Positions 8,620 to 17,919 of a stretch of DNA of 59,762 nt are shown in pieces (positions within the stretch are counted from its first letter, which is position 1; every line of letters begins with the position of its first letter). The position numbers were made by a program, and so were the translations under genes. The notes below the pieces were generated by a model, which saw nothing but the letters and a program-made list of their open reading frames with translations, did no database searches and was not told the origin of the DNA. The stretch is taken from positions 1-59,762 of the forward strand of contig JABSRF010000002.1 of assembly GCA_013215275.1 (NCBI GenBank), in the 5' to 3' direction. This stretch comes from Oligoflexales bacterium (lineage in GTDB: Bacteria > Bdellovibrionota_B > Oligoflexia > Oligoflexales > Bog-1112).

Positions 8620-9741
8620 ATGGAATCTATTGAGCGGGTCGCAAAACCTGGTTTAGGTACTTTAACGCCTTCTTTCTCGCACCTTGTGGGGAGATTTGGG
8701 ACAGCATGTCTGAGGCGTTTACCCCCTGAGGTATCCCATCATTTGGGTATGCAATTATTAAAAAGTGGCCTCCTGAAGGTCTGTAAGCCTCCTCTTGACC
8801 AAGACTTAGATATCAGTATGGCCTGTAACCTGGAGGGCGTGGGTAGCCTTAAGCATCCTATAGGCCTTGCTGCAGGCTTTGATAAAAATGCTGAAAACTT
8901 GATCGGCCTCGGTTCAATGGGATTTTCGTGGATTGAAGCAGGGACTGTGACTCCTCTTGCTCAAAGTGGTAATCCAAAACCACGACTTTTTAGGCAGGCA
9001 GAGCAGCATGCATTGGTCAATCGCATGGGGTTCAATAATGCAGGCTGTGATCAGTTTGCTCAAAATTTAAAACGACAAGAGCACGACCTTACCTTTCCGA
9101 TTGGGATTAATGTTGGTAAGAACAAAATTACAGAACTTGACAGAGCACTAAGTGATTATGTCAAAGCAATTAGAACTCTGGAAGGGTTAGGCAAATATTT
9201 CGTAGTTAATATTTCATCACCAAATACGCCTGGTTTGAGGAGTCTTAGTTCGAAGAGCTTTATTGAAGAGCTAGCTGCTTGCTTGCGAAGTGAGAGGGAT
9301 GCTAAGATTTCAGATATATGGATTAAACTAGACCCAGATATGAGCAAGTCAGATTTTCAAAGCGTGGTTGAAGCCACAACATCTGAAAGCTTTGCTGGAA
9401 TTGTTTTGACCAATACGCACCGTGTCGAATCTCCATTTGCAGGAGGGCAAAGTGGTCATCCTTTGAGTGTTAAGTCGACCATTTGTTTAGAGTGGGCTCA
9501 TGAAGTCCACAAAGGGAAGCTTCCTATGATCGGTTGCGGAGGAATCCTATCAGGGGCTGACATATTCCAAAAGATGATTAGGGGAGCAAGTGCAGTCCAG
9601 ATATATACAGCGCTGATTTACCGTGGTCCATTTGTAGTTTATGAACTACTGTCTGAACTTAAAGCAGAACTCAAGCTTAGAAATATCCGATTTTTACAAG
9701 ATATTGTCGGTGCATACTACCTCGATGAAAAATTATCTTAA
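8620..9741 (+). CDS. pyrD: Dihydroorotate dehydrogenase (quinone), class 2
   Basis: GLAAGFDKNAE, NRMGFNN, NISSPNTPGLR (catalytic Ser, the class 2 hallmark), GGI..G. The N-terminal extension is typical of membrane-associated class 2 enzymes. Confidence 0.93.
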   Translation: MESIERVAKPGLGTLTPSFSHLVGRFGTACLRRLPPEVSHHLGMQLLKSGLLKVCKPPLDQDLDISMACNLEGVGSLKHPIGLAAGFDKNAENLIGLGSMGFSWIEAGTVTPLAQSGNPKPRLFRQAEQHALVNRMGFNNAGCDQFAQNLKRQEHDLTFPIGINVGKNKITELDRALSDYVKAIRTLEGLGKYFVVNISSPNTPGLRSLSSKSFIEELAACLRSERDAKISDIWIKLDPDMSKSDFQSVVEATTSESFAGIVLTNTHRVESPFAGGQSGHPLSVKSTICLEWAHEVHKGKLPMIGCGGILSGADIFQKMIRGASAVQIYTALIYRGPFVVYELLSELKAELKLRNIRFLQDIVGAYYLDEKLS

Positions 9742-9752
9742 AGGCATTATCT

Positions 9753-11273
9753 ATGGCTCTTGAAATTGTTAGACGAGTGAGAGGAAACCTTCATGGATCA
9801 ATTGATGTTTCGACCCTTGAAGATAAAGTCATAGCGCATCCGATTTTTCAGCGCTTAAGGCGTATCAAACAAACTGCCTTTCTATCATTCGTCTTCCCTG
9901 GAGCTTCGCACACTAGGTTTGAACACTCCTTAGGCACAATGCATTTGGCAGGTAAGGCCTGGATGAAAATTTGGGAAAATCAAAAACGATTGAGGACTAG
10001 TTGCGAGAAAATTCCTGGTTTTTCTGCTAAGGAGCAAGTGGAAGAAGGAATGGGGATTCATGGAATCCTTAACCCTACCTTTTCAGTTTTAGAGAGTATT
10101 TTTGCAAATGACTACATCCTACAGACTCTTAGGCTTGCGGCACTCTGTCATGATATCGGTCATCCTCCCTTTTCTCACAGTGGAGAGCGTTTCTTACCAT
10201 GCCTTGCAGATTTAAAAGCAAGTATGAATGATCTTCCCGAGTTTCTTGAAGATTACCTCAATACCTTGTCTAGTGAGCAGGATGAAAGGGAGCGTAGCCC
10301 GGTTTCTCATGAGGTGTACACTGTGTTGCTTATGTATCAACTGTTGCAAGATGTGTATAAAGAAAACCCTCACCTGAGCCTTATGGTGTCTGCCCAGGAT
10401 GTGGTCAGTATCATTGCTCCGAGCATTAAACCCCAAAATGGCTCACCTCTCGAAAGATTTGGTGCGAGGCATCTATGTCATGAGCTAATCTCTGGTGAAA
10501 TCGATATCGACAGGATGGATTATCTCCAAAGAGACTCAAAAGAATGTGGTGTGGTTTATGGAATTTTCGACGCAGAGCGCATTTTGGATTCACTTTCTCT
10601 GTACTTTGATCCTAAGGAAGAAGTTCTGCATCTAGCGATCCAATTCTCAGGTTTAGCTGCTTTTGAGGACTATTTGCGTGCCAGGCAGTCAATGTACATT
10701 CAGCTTTATTTTCATAAGACTTCCGTTGCGTGTGAAGCAATGTTTCAATCAGTAAATCGAGCCATTGAGGGTTGGCACTTGCCTGCAAATCTAGATGCCT
10801 ATATCAAAGTGGATGAGTGGAATCTGCGTGGAGAGTTGAAAAAAGCGGTCGATCAGTTGGATGACAAAGGTGTAAAAGAAAAAGCTCATCAAACCATCGA
10901 TGACCTTCTCTATAAACGCAAACTCTGGAAGCGTATCTATGAAATTTCGGAATCTCTGGCCGGTGAAAATAGCAAAAAAGATCTAGAGCAAGCAGAAAGA
11001 GTTCTTCGCAAGAGTGATATATTCTTCGAGTCGATTTCGTCGAAAACCTACGTCACTAAAATTAGACCTAGGAAAAAGGGAGCTAAAAGTGAGAACTATC
11101 TGAGGCTAATTAAAAAAGATGGTAAACAGTTACCTCGTGTTGTGCCCATTGAAGATTTTTCAAACATTACGAAGAGTGCTGGAATCACCAATATTGAACG
11201 AATTTACGTCGCTCATGAAGATGCGAAGAAATCTGCTGCAAAACTAATGGAAGCTTTTTATGAACCAGGCTAA
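9753..11273 (+). CDS. HD-domain phosphohydrolase (dGTPase/SAMHD1-like family)
   Basis: HTRFEHSLGTMHLA, CHDIGHPPFSH, DIDRMDYLQRD. Confidence 0.85.
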   Translation: MALEIVRRVRGNLHGSIDVSTLEDKVIAHPIFQRLRRIKQTAFLSFVFPGASHTRFEHSLGTMHLAGKAWMKIWENQKRLRTSCEKIPGFSAKEQVEEGMGIHGILNPTFSVLESIFANDYILQTLRLAALCHDIGHPPFSHSGERFLPCLADLKASMNDLPEFLEDYLNTLSSEQDERERSPVSHEVYTVLLMYQLLQDVYKENPHLSLMVSAQDVVSIIAPSIKPQNGSPLERFGARHLCHELISGEIDIDRMDYLQRDSKECGVVYGIFDAERILDSLSLYFDPKEEVLHLAIQFSGLAAFEDYLRARQSMYIQLYFHKTSVACEAMFQSVNRAIEGWHLPANLDAYIKVDEWNLRGELKKAVDQLDDKGVKEKAHQTIDDLLYKRKLWKRIYEISESLAGENSKKDLEQAERVLRKSDIFFESISSKTYVTKIRPRKKGAKSENYLRLIKKDGKQLPRVVPIEDFSNITKSAGITNIERIYVAHEDAKKSAAKLMEAFYEPG

Positions 11274-11278
11274 GCAAA

Positions 11279-12085
11279 TTATTGATTGTTTAGCTGCTTC
11301 CAGTAGGCCCTTGCTTCTTCGAGCTCGGCAGGAGTATTCACCTCAACTGACCTATGCTCGCTTACAATCACTTTAATCCTTACTCCATTTTCGAGAGCTC
11401 TTAGCTGCTCCAATGCTTCGGCCCCCTCTAGGGGAGTCTGATTTAGTTTTGTATATTTTAAAAGAAAGCTCTTTCTAAATGCATAGAGCCCCATATGTTT
11501 GTAGACAGGAAGCTGGCTTTTATCAGCATCATACCGCAAGTAGGGTATCGGAGAGCGGGAAAAATACAGAGCGTATCCTTGTTGGTCGCAGATAGCCTTT
11601 ACCAGATCTGGATTGTTATAATCCTCCTCCCAATTTAGAGGAGATGCCACGGTGCTCATTAAAAGCTCAGGCTCATGAGCAAAGGGGGCTGTTAGGTCTG
11701 CTAAGACTTCGGCTTTAATAAAAGGTTCGTCCCCTTGCAGGTTGATAACCACATCACAGTCTTTTGACTCAGCCACAAAAGCCACCCGATCACTGCCTGT
11801 TTTCAGGCTTGAAGGAGTCATGATAGCTTCGCCACCAGCCTGTGAAATAAGGTCGGCAATTTCACTATGATCGGTGGCAACCACCAATTCGTCGATAGCT
11901 GCACATTTTTTAGCAGCCTCATAAGTATGAAGGATAAGAGGCTTATCTCCAATCAGCGCCATTGGCTTTTGAGGTAGACGGGTAGACTGCATGCGAGCTG
12001 GAATGACACATAAAATTCGACTCAATTGGGACTCCTCTTTGCAGCGATTAAGAGCATTGTCACAGGGGTTTCTCAGCTTATACAT
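11279..12085 (-). CDS. kdsB: 3-deoxy-manno-octulosonate cytidylyltransferase (CMP-KDO synthetase)
   Basis: VIPARMQSTRLPQKPM, VINLQGDEPF, FSRSPIPY, MGLYAF. Confidence 0.92.
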   Translation of the reverse strand: MYKLRNPCDNALNRCKEESQLSRILCVIPARMQSTRLPQKPMALIGDKPLILHTYEAAKKCAAIDELVVATDHSEIADLISQAGGEAIMTPSSLKTGSDRVAFVAESKDCDVVINLQGDEPFIKAEVLADLTAPFAHEPELLMSTVASPLNWEEDYNNPDLVKAICDQQGYALYFSRSPIPYLRYDADKSQLPVYKHMGLYAFRKSFLLKYTKLNQTPLEGAEALEQLRALENGVRIKVIVSEHRSVEVNTPAELEEARAYWKQLNNQ

Positions 12086-12206
12086 ATTAAATTGTCAGTA
12101 AGGGTACAAGTAGGAAATCATGAAGCGAAAGTGGGCAAAAACTTAATTGTTAAAGTTTACAGGGATTTTTATGGGTGATTGATAAAAGATTCTTTTGCTT
12201 GCTTAG

Positions 12207-12233
12207 ATAGGCAATCTTCGAAGTGTTGCCTAT
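12207..12233 (-). terminator. 8-bp hairpin overlapping the prkA stop codon (possible attenuator or terminator)
   Basis: ataggcaa-11 nt-ttgcctat. No clean U-tract on the minus strand. Confidence 0.3.
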
Positions 12234-14524
12234 TTCTTAGCTTCTTCTTTTTCTGTTTTAGAACCAGCCATTTTTTTGTGTTGCACCAAAAATCTCAGGC
12301 AACTTACAGTGGAAGAAAAGTCATAGTTATATTTGTTTTCCATCTCACTAAACGTCTCTTTTGCAATCTTGACATCTTCTTCATTGAAGCTTTTGGTGTC
12401 ATCTTTAGCGAGTGCAAGCATAACCTGGTAGATATTTTCAATGATAGAACGTTTTTCTAAATAGAAATGTTTTTTGATCTTTTCCAAATAGTCGTAGAAC
12501 ACATCACCGACAACAATCTTTGAGTCAGGGTTCTCTAATTTGAATGCTGCAATACGGCTCAACAAGGAATTGCGATGTTCATCTTTTTGTTTGTCTATCT
12601 TTAATATGCCCTCTACCTGGTCCATGATAGCTTGCGACGGGTTGATGTATGTGCTTGTGATGGTGTCGAAAATCTTTTCTTTTTTAATTTCGGCAACGAC
12701 ATTGTCAATATACCTCTTAAGGAGGTTGTCATATTCTTCTTCGTTTGCCATGGACATTGAACTTACAATCTCAGCCTCAAAGTTAGCAACGAAACGGTCC
12801 TTTAGTACGTTGATAAATAAAGCGGCATCATGATATTGAGCTCTTGGCTCAAACTGAAGAAATTCATAAATAGTGCGGTCTTTCGTGAGCTTTTCTAGCT
12901 CTTCAAAAATAGCGATGGGGGTCAATGTTTCATGATTTTTGTTGTTGGCTGCTCGGTGAAGCAGTGAACGGACTTCTCTTGGAGATGCACCAAATCGACC
13001 TTCATAAACCACCATTCCTTGAGACTCTTTCCAGACCTTTTCTCGAACCTCAAAGATTGAATTTTGCTCCTCAATAGTGAAAGCTGGTTGTAGGGTTTTG
13101 CCTTCATACAAGAGAACTTTAGAATATGGATCTAGTTTGGAAATCAGAGGGCGTAGCTCTGCTGGATATTGCTCAGGGTCAGGTTGCTTAAGCCTAGTCA
13201 TGACTGCCCAGTAACATAAGGCGTCGATAGAATGAGGGGCAATTTTTTTGTTCTTCGAAATAACCTTGATGTCTGGTTGATAGATTTCAGCTTCTAAGCC
13301 TGGCAGAAGGAGGTAAGGCACAGTAACCAGTTCCATCCGTCCTTTGAATGAGCTGAAGTCTGGGATGGTTTTAAAGGAATCTAGGTGCTTTTCATTCGTC
13401 GTACCAAAAAAGGTAATATCTAGATTTGCAGTCCCTGAACTAAGGTTAATTGAGCTTTTTTCAATAGTATTCAGCAGATATTTGAAACTCTCTAGTGGTC
13501 TTTTAAGTAAGTCTGAAAACTCCAACATACCTCGGTTTGCTTCCACTAGCTCGCCTTCAGACTGATAAAAGGAGATTGTACGGAGAACGGTAGGAAGGTT
13601 CGAGTAATTCTTGTCTAGTGTAAGTTGCTTTTCGTGAGCGTCGATGGACATCTGCGGCTCGACGGTAGATAGGCCCACCCGGTACTGCTTTGAGAAAAAA
13701 ACCCTCTCAACTTGGATATGCCTATAAACCTTTGCTAGGTTACCTCCATACACATTTAGGAGGTTTTCAAAAATCTGGTGATTTTTTTTCGATAAGCCGC
13801 TTTCCAGCATATGGGAAGGTATGTCGATGTCGTCCTCAGGAATTCCTTCTTTAGCACTTAGCCAGGAGCGCAGCATTTGCTCGCGGTACGGCATTGGGAC
13901 TAAAAAGAGAGGATTTTCCTTGTATTCTGAAATGAGCTTTGAGGCTATTTTGTTGTCTTCAAGAAGAGCATAGGATTCTTTATGAGGCTCGGGATTGTTT
14001 TTGCCACTGCCAAAGCCTATGGTTCCTGCGTCACCGTGACCCTGGGGCAGAGCTTCCCGATCGGCTGGAAAAATCCAATTGAATCGGTAGATTGCGCCCT
14101 CTTCTTTGTGGCTGTATACCTGCATGCCGTTTGCAATGGTTTCAATGGTCGATGTTTTGGCAGAACCATTGGGCCCATGTAGGAGTACAAGCTTTAATCC
14201 ATGGGCGCTCTTGTTGAAACTTTTCAAAATATTGTGGATCTCAGACTGAGCCTGCTCACCGCTGATAATTGGTATTTTTTCCTCAGTTCCCATGTCGAAT
14301 AGTTTGAACCGCATTGGGTATTCGATGCCATGGGATGAGGATTCTCGTGTGCCAAAGTACTCCATCGTGTCAAGGATATATTGCCAAGAGTTTCTGATAT
14401 ATTTACGAGGTTGCTCCTGAACGAGGTTTATGAATTGGTTGAAGGTAAGGATAACCTTATTTTTTCTGTGTTGTTTTTGATATTCTCGACTTAGTTCTTC
14501 GAGCATAGAATGCGATTCGGGCAT
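12230..14524 (-). CDS. prkA: PrkA-family AAA+ serine protein kinase (YeaG-like)
   Basis: LVLLHGPNGSAKTS Walker A. ANRGMLEFSDLLKRPLESFKYLLN and GRMELVTVPYLL match the conserved PrkA core (E. coli YeaG ANQGIMEFVEMFKAP and DRVYIVKVPY). Confidence 0.85.
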   Translation of the reverse strand: MPESHSMLEELSREYQKQHRKNKVILTFNQFINLVQEQPRKYIRNSWQYILDTMEYFGTRESSSHGIEYPMRFKLFDMGTEEKIPIISGEQAQSEIHNILKSFNKSAHGLKLVLLHGPNGSAKTSTIETIANGMQVYSHKEEGAIYRFNWIFPADREALPQGHGDAGTIGFGSGKNNPEPHKESYALLEDNKIASKLISEYKENPLFLVPMPYREQMLRSWLSAKEGIPEDDIDIPSHMLESGLSKKNHQIFENLLNVYGGNLAKVYRHIQVERVFFSKQYRVGLSTVEPQMSIDAHEKQLTLDKNYSNLPTVLRTISFYQSEGELVEANRGMLEFSDLLKRPLESFKYLLNTIEKSSINLSSGTANLDITFFGTTNEKHLDSFKTIPDFSSFKGRMELVTVPYLLLPGLEAEIYQPDIKVISKNKKIAPHSIDALCYWAVMTRLKQPDPEQYPAELRPLISKLDPYSKVLLYEGKTLQPAFTIEEQNSIFEVREKVWKESQGMVVYEGRFGASPREVRSLLHRAANNKNHETLTPIAIFEELEKLTKDRTIYEFLQFEPRAQYHDAALFINVLKDRFVANFEAEIVSSMSMANEEEYDNLLKRYIDNVVAEIKKEKIFDTITSTYINPSQAIMDQVEGILKIDKQKDEHRNSLLSRIAAFKLENPDSKIVVGDVFYDYLEKIKKHFYLEKRSIIENIYQVMLALAKDDTKSFNEEDVKIAKETFSEMENKYNYDFSSTVSCLRFLVQHKKMAGSKTEKEEAKK

Positions 14525-14572
14525 AAGCCCTCCTAGCTAGATTGTCAATTTTTCAGAAAAAAGGTCTGGCGA

Positions 14573-14938
14573 TTAAATAAATTTTTTAAGATATTCTAAA
14601 ACTTCATCAGGGGAATTGAAAGGCTTTGTTATGATACCGCTTGCTCCTTTTGCGATCGCTTCCTGGACAATGGGATCGTTTTTTGAGTTGCCTGTCAACA
14701 GGATGATAGGAGTGTCTGGCCGCTCTTTTTTGACCAACTCAATGATCTCGAAACCATTTACATTGGGCATGTGCATGTCAGAGATCACTAAATCATAAGT
14801 ATTTTCTTTGATTAGGTTTATGGCATTTACAGGGTTTGAGCAAACGGTGCACTTGAAGTCGTCTTCAAGATAGTTCGCTAGAATTTCAACTAAGTCGACT
14901 TCGTCGTCAACGATCAGAATACCGGGTAGGTCAGACAT
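14573..14938 (-). CDS. Single-domain response regulator, 48 nt upstream of prkA (probable operon)
   Basis: ILIVDDEVDLVEIL...LVISDMHMPNVNGFE...LLTG...KGASGIITKPF. ATG at 14938 gives a canonical REC N-terminus. The 15025 start adds 29 non-conserved residues. Confidence 0.88.
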   Translation of the reverse strand: MSDLPGILIVDDEVDLVEILANYLEDDFKCTVCSNPVNAINLIKENTYDLVISDMHMPNVNGFEIIELVKKERPDTPIILLTGNSKNDPIVQEAIAKGASGIITKPFNSPDEVLEYLKKFI

Positions 14939-15262
14939 TTTTTGCTCTATCAAATGGGTTATTATGTGATTAAACAGGTTTTGATAAGCACAGATTCCAC
15001 CTAATGAGAAACCTATTTCTATCAAGGTTTCCCGGCCAGTCAGCGCAAACTCAGCTTAAAAACATAGTATCTATTTCTATTGTAGTGTAGGCGATAAAAT
15101 ATTCCAAGTATTAGCTAAAAAATATTCCTTGAGTTTTTATTTATCTTTATCTGAAAGCCATTATATAATCCCGATATAGGTGTTTTGGCCTAATGGTGAT
15201 ATCTTGCTCACTTTTGCATGGTCGAGAAAGCCTGATTCATAGACACAGTTTAGCCTGTCATA

Positions 15263-16606
15263 TTGGAGGCAACCGGGTTGAAAAAAGTTTTTATTCTGGA
15301 TACGAATATTTTATTAAGTGATCCCAACAGTATCTTCAAGTTTGAAGAAAATGATGTGGTCATTCCGATTTCTGTCATCGAGGAGATAGACCACTTCAAA
15401 AAAGATCAAAGCGAGACAGGACGAAATGCGAGAGAAGTTTCCAGGATTTTAGACAAACTAAGAAAAAGAGGAACCCTCTCTACGGGTATTCCTTTATTCA
15501 CTGACAAAGCGGACTCTGGTCTTTTGTTTGTCTATCTTGGGATTGATATGGAAATACTCCCAGGTTTGTTAGAAGATAGCACCGATAATCACATCCTCGC
15601 GATTGGTTTGACGCTTCAGAAAAAATTTGGTGATGGGCGAAAAGTATCTATTATCACCAAAGATTCAAATCTACGGATAAAATCTGATGCATTTGGTATC
15701 GCATCAGAGGATTTTGAAGCTGATAAGGTTGATATCTCACATTTATACACGGGGATTCGCTACCTTAAGGTGGATGCTAGTGTTATCAATGACTTTTACA
15801 CAGATCGTGAAGTCCGCTTGGATGATCAATTTCATCCCAATGAGTTTGTCGTCTTGGAAGAGGAAAATGATCCCAGCCAATATGTTTGTGGGGTTTACGA
15901 TTCCGATGTCTCTGCCATAAAGATGATTGACTCTGGCACTGAAAGCGTTTGGGGTATTTATCCTCGTAACTTAGAACAAACTTTTGGCCTATGTGCGCTT
16001 TTGGATGACAGAATAAAGCTTGTCACCTTGACCGGTGGCGCTGGAACAGGCAAAACGCTGCTAGCAATTGCGTCTGGACTGGCTAAAACAACCGACGAGG
16101 ATATTTACCAGAAGTTATTAGTAGCGAGGCCAATCTTCGCCTTAGGTAAGGATTTAGGTTTCTTGCCAGGAGATTTGGAGGAAAAGCTTAACCCATGGAT
16201 GCAGCCAATCTATGACAGCTTAGACTTCTTGTTAAGTGGAGGCATTCCTTCGCGGCAGAAGAGGATAAGCAAGAGTTATCAGGAGCTTATTGATCAAGGC
16301 ATGCTAGCTGTCGAGCCCTTGACTTATATTAGAGGGCGTTCCCTCCCAAATTCCTTTTTTGTGGTTGATGAGTCTCAAAATTTGACTCCCCATGAAATTA
16401 AGACAATTCTGACAAGAGCTGGTGAGGGAACTAAAGTGGTCTTAACAGGAGATCCTTATCAGATTGATAACCCTTATATTGACTCGACAAACAATGGCCT
16501 TACCTATGTCATCGAGCGATTTAAGAATTCCTCTATCGCTTCGCATGTTACCTTCAAGCAAGGTGAGAGGAGTGAGCTTGCGTCTCTAGCGGCTAGATAC
16601 CTATGA
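15263..16606 (+). CDS. PIN-domain plus PhoH-like ATPase (YlaK-type)
   Basis: The N-terminal FILDTNILLSDP...VVIPISVIEEID is PIN-like. The C-terminal LTGGAGTGKTLLA Walker A, FVVDESQN Walker B and LTGDPYQID are PhoH motifs. The likely start is TTG at 15263 or TTG at 15278 (ggagg lies 9 nt upstream of the latter). Confidence 0.88.
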   Translation: MEATGLKKVFILDTNILLSDPNSIFKFEENDVVIPISVIEEIDHFKKDQSETGRNAREVSRILDKLRKRGTLSTGIPLFTDKADSGLLFVYLGIDMEILPGLLEDSTDNHILAIGLTLQKKFGDGRKVSIITKDSNLRIKSDAFGIASEDFEADKVDISHLYTGIRYLKVDASVINDFYTDREVRLDDQFHPNEFVVLEEENDPSQYVCGVYDSDVSAIKMIDSGTESVWGIYPRNLEQTFGLCALLDDRIKLVTLTGGAGTGKTLLAIASGLAKTTDEDIYQKLLVARPIFALGKDLGFLPGDLEEKLNPWMQPIYDSLDFLLSGGIPSRQKRISKSYQELIDQGMLAVEPLTYIRGRSLPNSFFVVDESQNLTPHEIKTILTRAGEGTKVVLTGDPYQIDNPYIDSTNNGLTYVIERFKNSSIASHVTFKQGERSELASLAARYL

Positions 16607-16983
16607 GTTTTGGACTTATACCCAAGCATGTAAGCGTTGTTCTAGAATTTACTTGCAAGATATGAGCGGAAAATATACAGCTATTCTGCTTGGTCTTTTT
16701 TAGATCTAGCTGAGAGTGCTTCTTTATGGCTTGGAAAAGCCAGTTATAATTGCTATTAAGTTTACAGCGAGATGGTAAAAGACTTGTCAAACGATTATGG
16801 TCTGTTATTTCTGCTGTGTTTTTTGGACTTAGCTTGGATTACATCTTGGTGACAAATATTTGTTCAGATGTAAAGACCTGAAGATAGGGAAAAATTTCTT
16901 ATTTCGAAGAATCGGTCGAAATTCTTGCCGATAAGGGTCTTGATGGAGTAGTTAAATCCGCTTTGGTAACAAATTAGCAATAT

Positions 16984-16999
16984 TGGCATAGAAATTGCT
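16984..16999 (+). promoter_or_regulatory. Candidate sigma-54 (-24/-12) promoter upstream of infC
   Basis: TGGCATagaaaTTGCT compared with the consensus TGGCAC-N5-TTGCW. GG to GC spacing is exactly canonical. It lies 33-48 nt upstream of the possible infC starts, in the correct orientation and in an intergenic region. A single 9-base core match could arise by chance in about 120 kb of two-strand sequence. Confidence 0.45.
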
Positions 17000-17031
17000 T
17001 CTGATAGAAAGTTTATTATTCATTAACTCAG

Positions 17032-17559
17032 GTGAGAGGAATTTTTTTGGAGATACTTAGTAGAACATCACCCCATAAACTTAGCAAGGTAAGGATCGTA
17101 GGAAACGGCGTTAACGAGATCATTCATATCAATGAAGCCTTTGGCCGTGCTGAAGATCTCGGCTTAGATTTGGTTTTAGTAAGTGACACAGTGCTGCCAC
17201 CAGTCGTGCGCATTCAGGACTTTAAAAAGCTAGAGTACGAAAAAAAGAAAGCCAAAAAAGCTAATAAGCCTAGCTCTTCATTGAAAGAGATTCAGTTTAA
17301 AATAAATATTTCTGACCACGATCTCTCTACAAAAATTAGCAAGATTGATAAGTTTTTGAAAAAGGGTGATAAGGTTAAGATTTCCGTCCGATTAAAAGGC
17401 AGGGAAAGAGAAAACCCTGAGCGAGCATATGAGCTATTAAACCGGGTTGGAGAAGCGGTCGAATGCAAGTTTAACTCGGTGCCAGGTCCAATTGCGCTTG
17501 CAATATTGGAGCCTGTGAAGTTAACCAAAAAACCAACTACGAAGGCTGCCGATAGCTAA
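17032..17559 (+). CDS. infC: Translation initiation factor IF-3
   Basis: DLGLDLVLVS...PPVVRIQDFKKLEYEKKK...EIQFKINISDHDLSTKISKIDKFLKKGDKVKISVRLKGRE. The reading frame has no ATG codon, so the start must be non-ATG: GTG 17032, ATT 17041 or TTG 17047. E. coli infC uses AUU for autoregulation. Confidence 0.93.
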   Translation: MRGIFLEILSRTSPHKLSKVRIVGNGVNEIIHINEAFGRAEDLGLDLVLVSDTVLPPVVRIQDFKKLEYEKKKAKKANKPSSSLKEIQFKINISDHDLSTKISKIDKFLKKGDKVKISVRLKGRERENPERAYELLNRVGEAVECKFNSVPGPIALAILEPVKLTKKPTTKAADS

Positions 17560-17569
17560 AAATAAAGTT

Positions 17570-17602
17570 TGGAGTCATAGGACTCCAGCTTGAGCCTTTT
17601 TT
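17570..17602 (+). terminator. Putative terminator after infC
   Basis: tggagtc-atag-gactcca 7-bp stem. A T6 run begins 10 nt after the stem, which is a suboptimal distance. Confidence 0.45.
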
Positions 17603-17919
17603 CTAATACAAAGCCTTTACCAAGAGCCACTGAATTTTCCGGAGCATAAAATGCTACTGGCAGGCCTTTTTATTTCCTAAATTCACCATTATTTATTAGA
17701 ATGAATTGAACCATTACTTCAATTCAATGAAGCTTAAGAGTCACACTTATGACGTTGACGAAGCATAAGATTTCGTTTGTAATAGGTATAGGCATACATT
17801 TTGTTATGATTTTAAAAACTTAAATTGCCATAAGATGGCTTCCTTCCTGTTTGCTAAGTAGCTTTACTAATCCAGCACGGGAATAAGCGTGATTGCTAAG
17901 AGCATAAGGGATATTCAAC

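Noticed and set aside
12179-12460. 93-aa + strand ORF overlapping the 3' end of prkA
   Set aside because: It is antisense to a well-supported gene, with an F-rich low-complexity translation and no SD.
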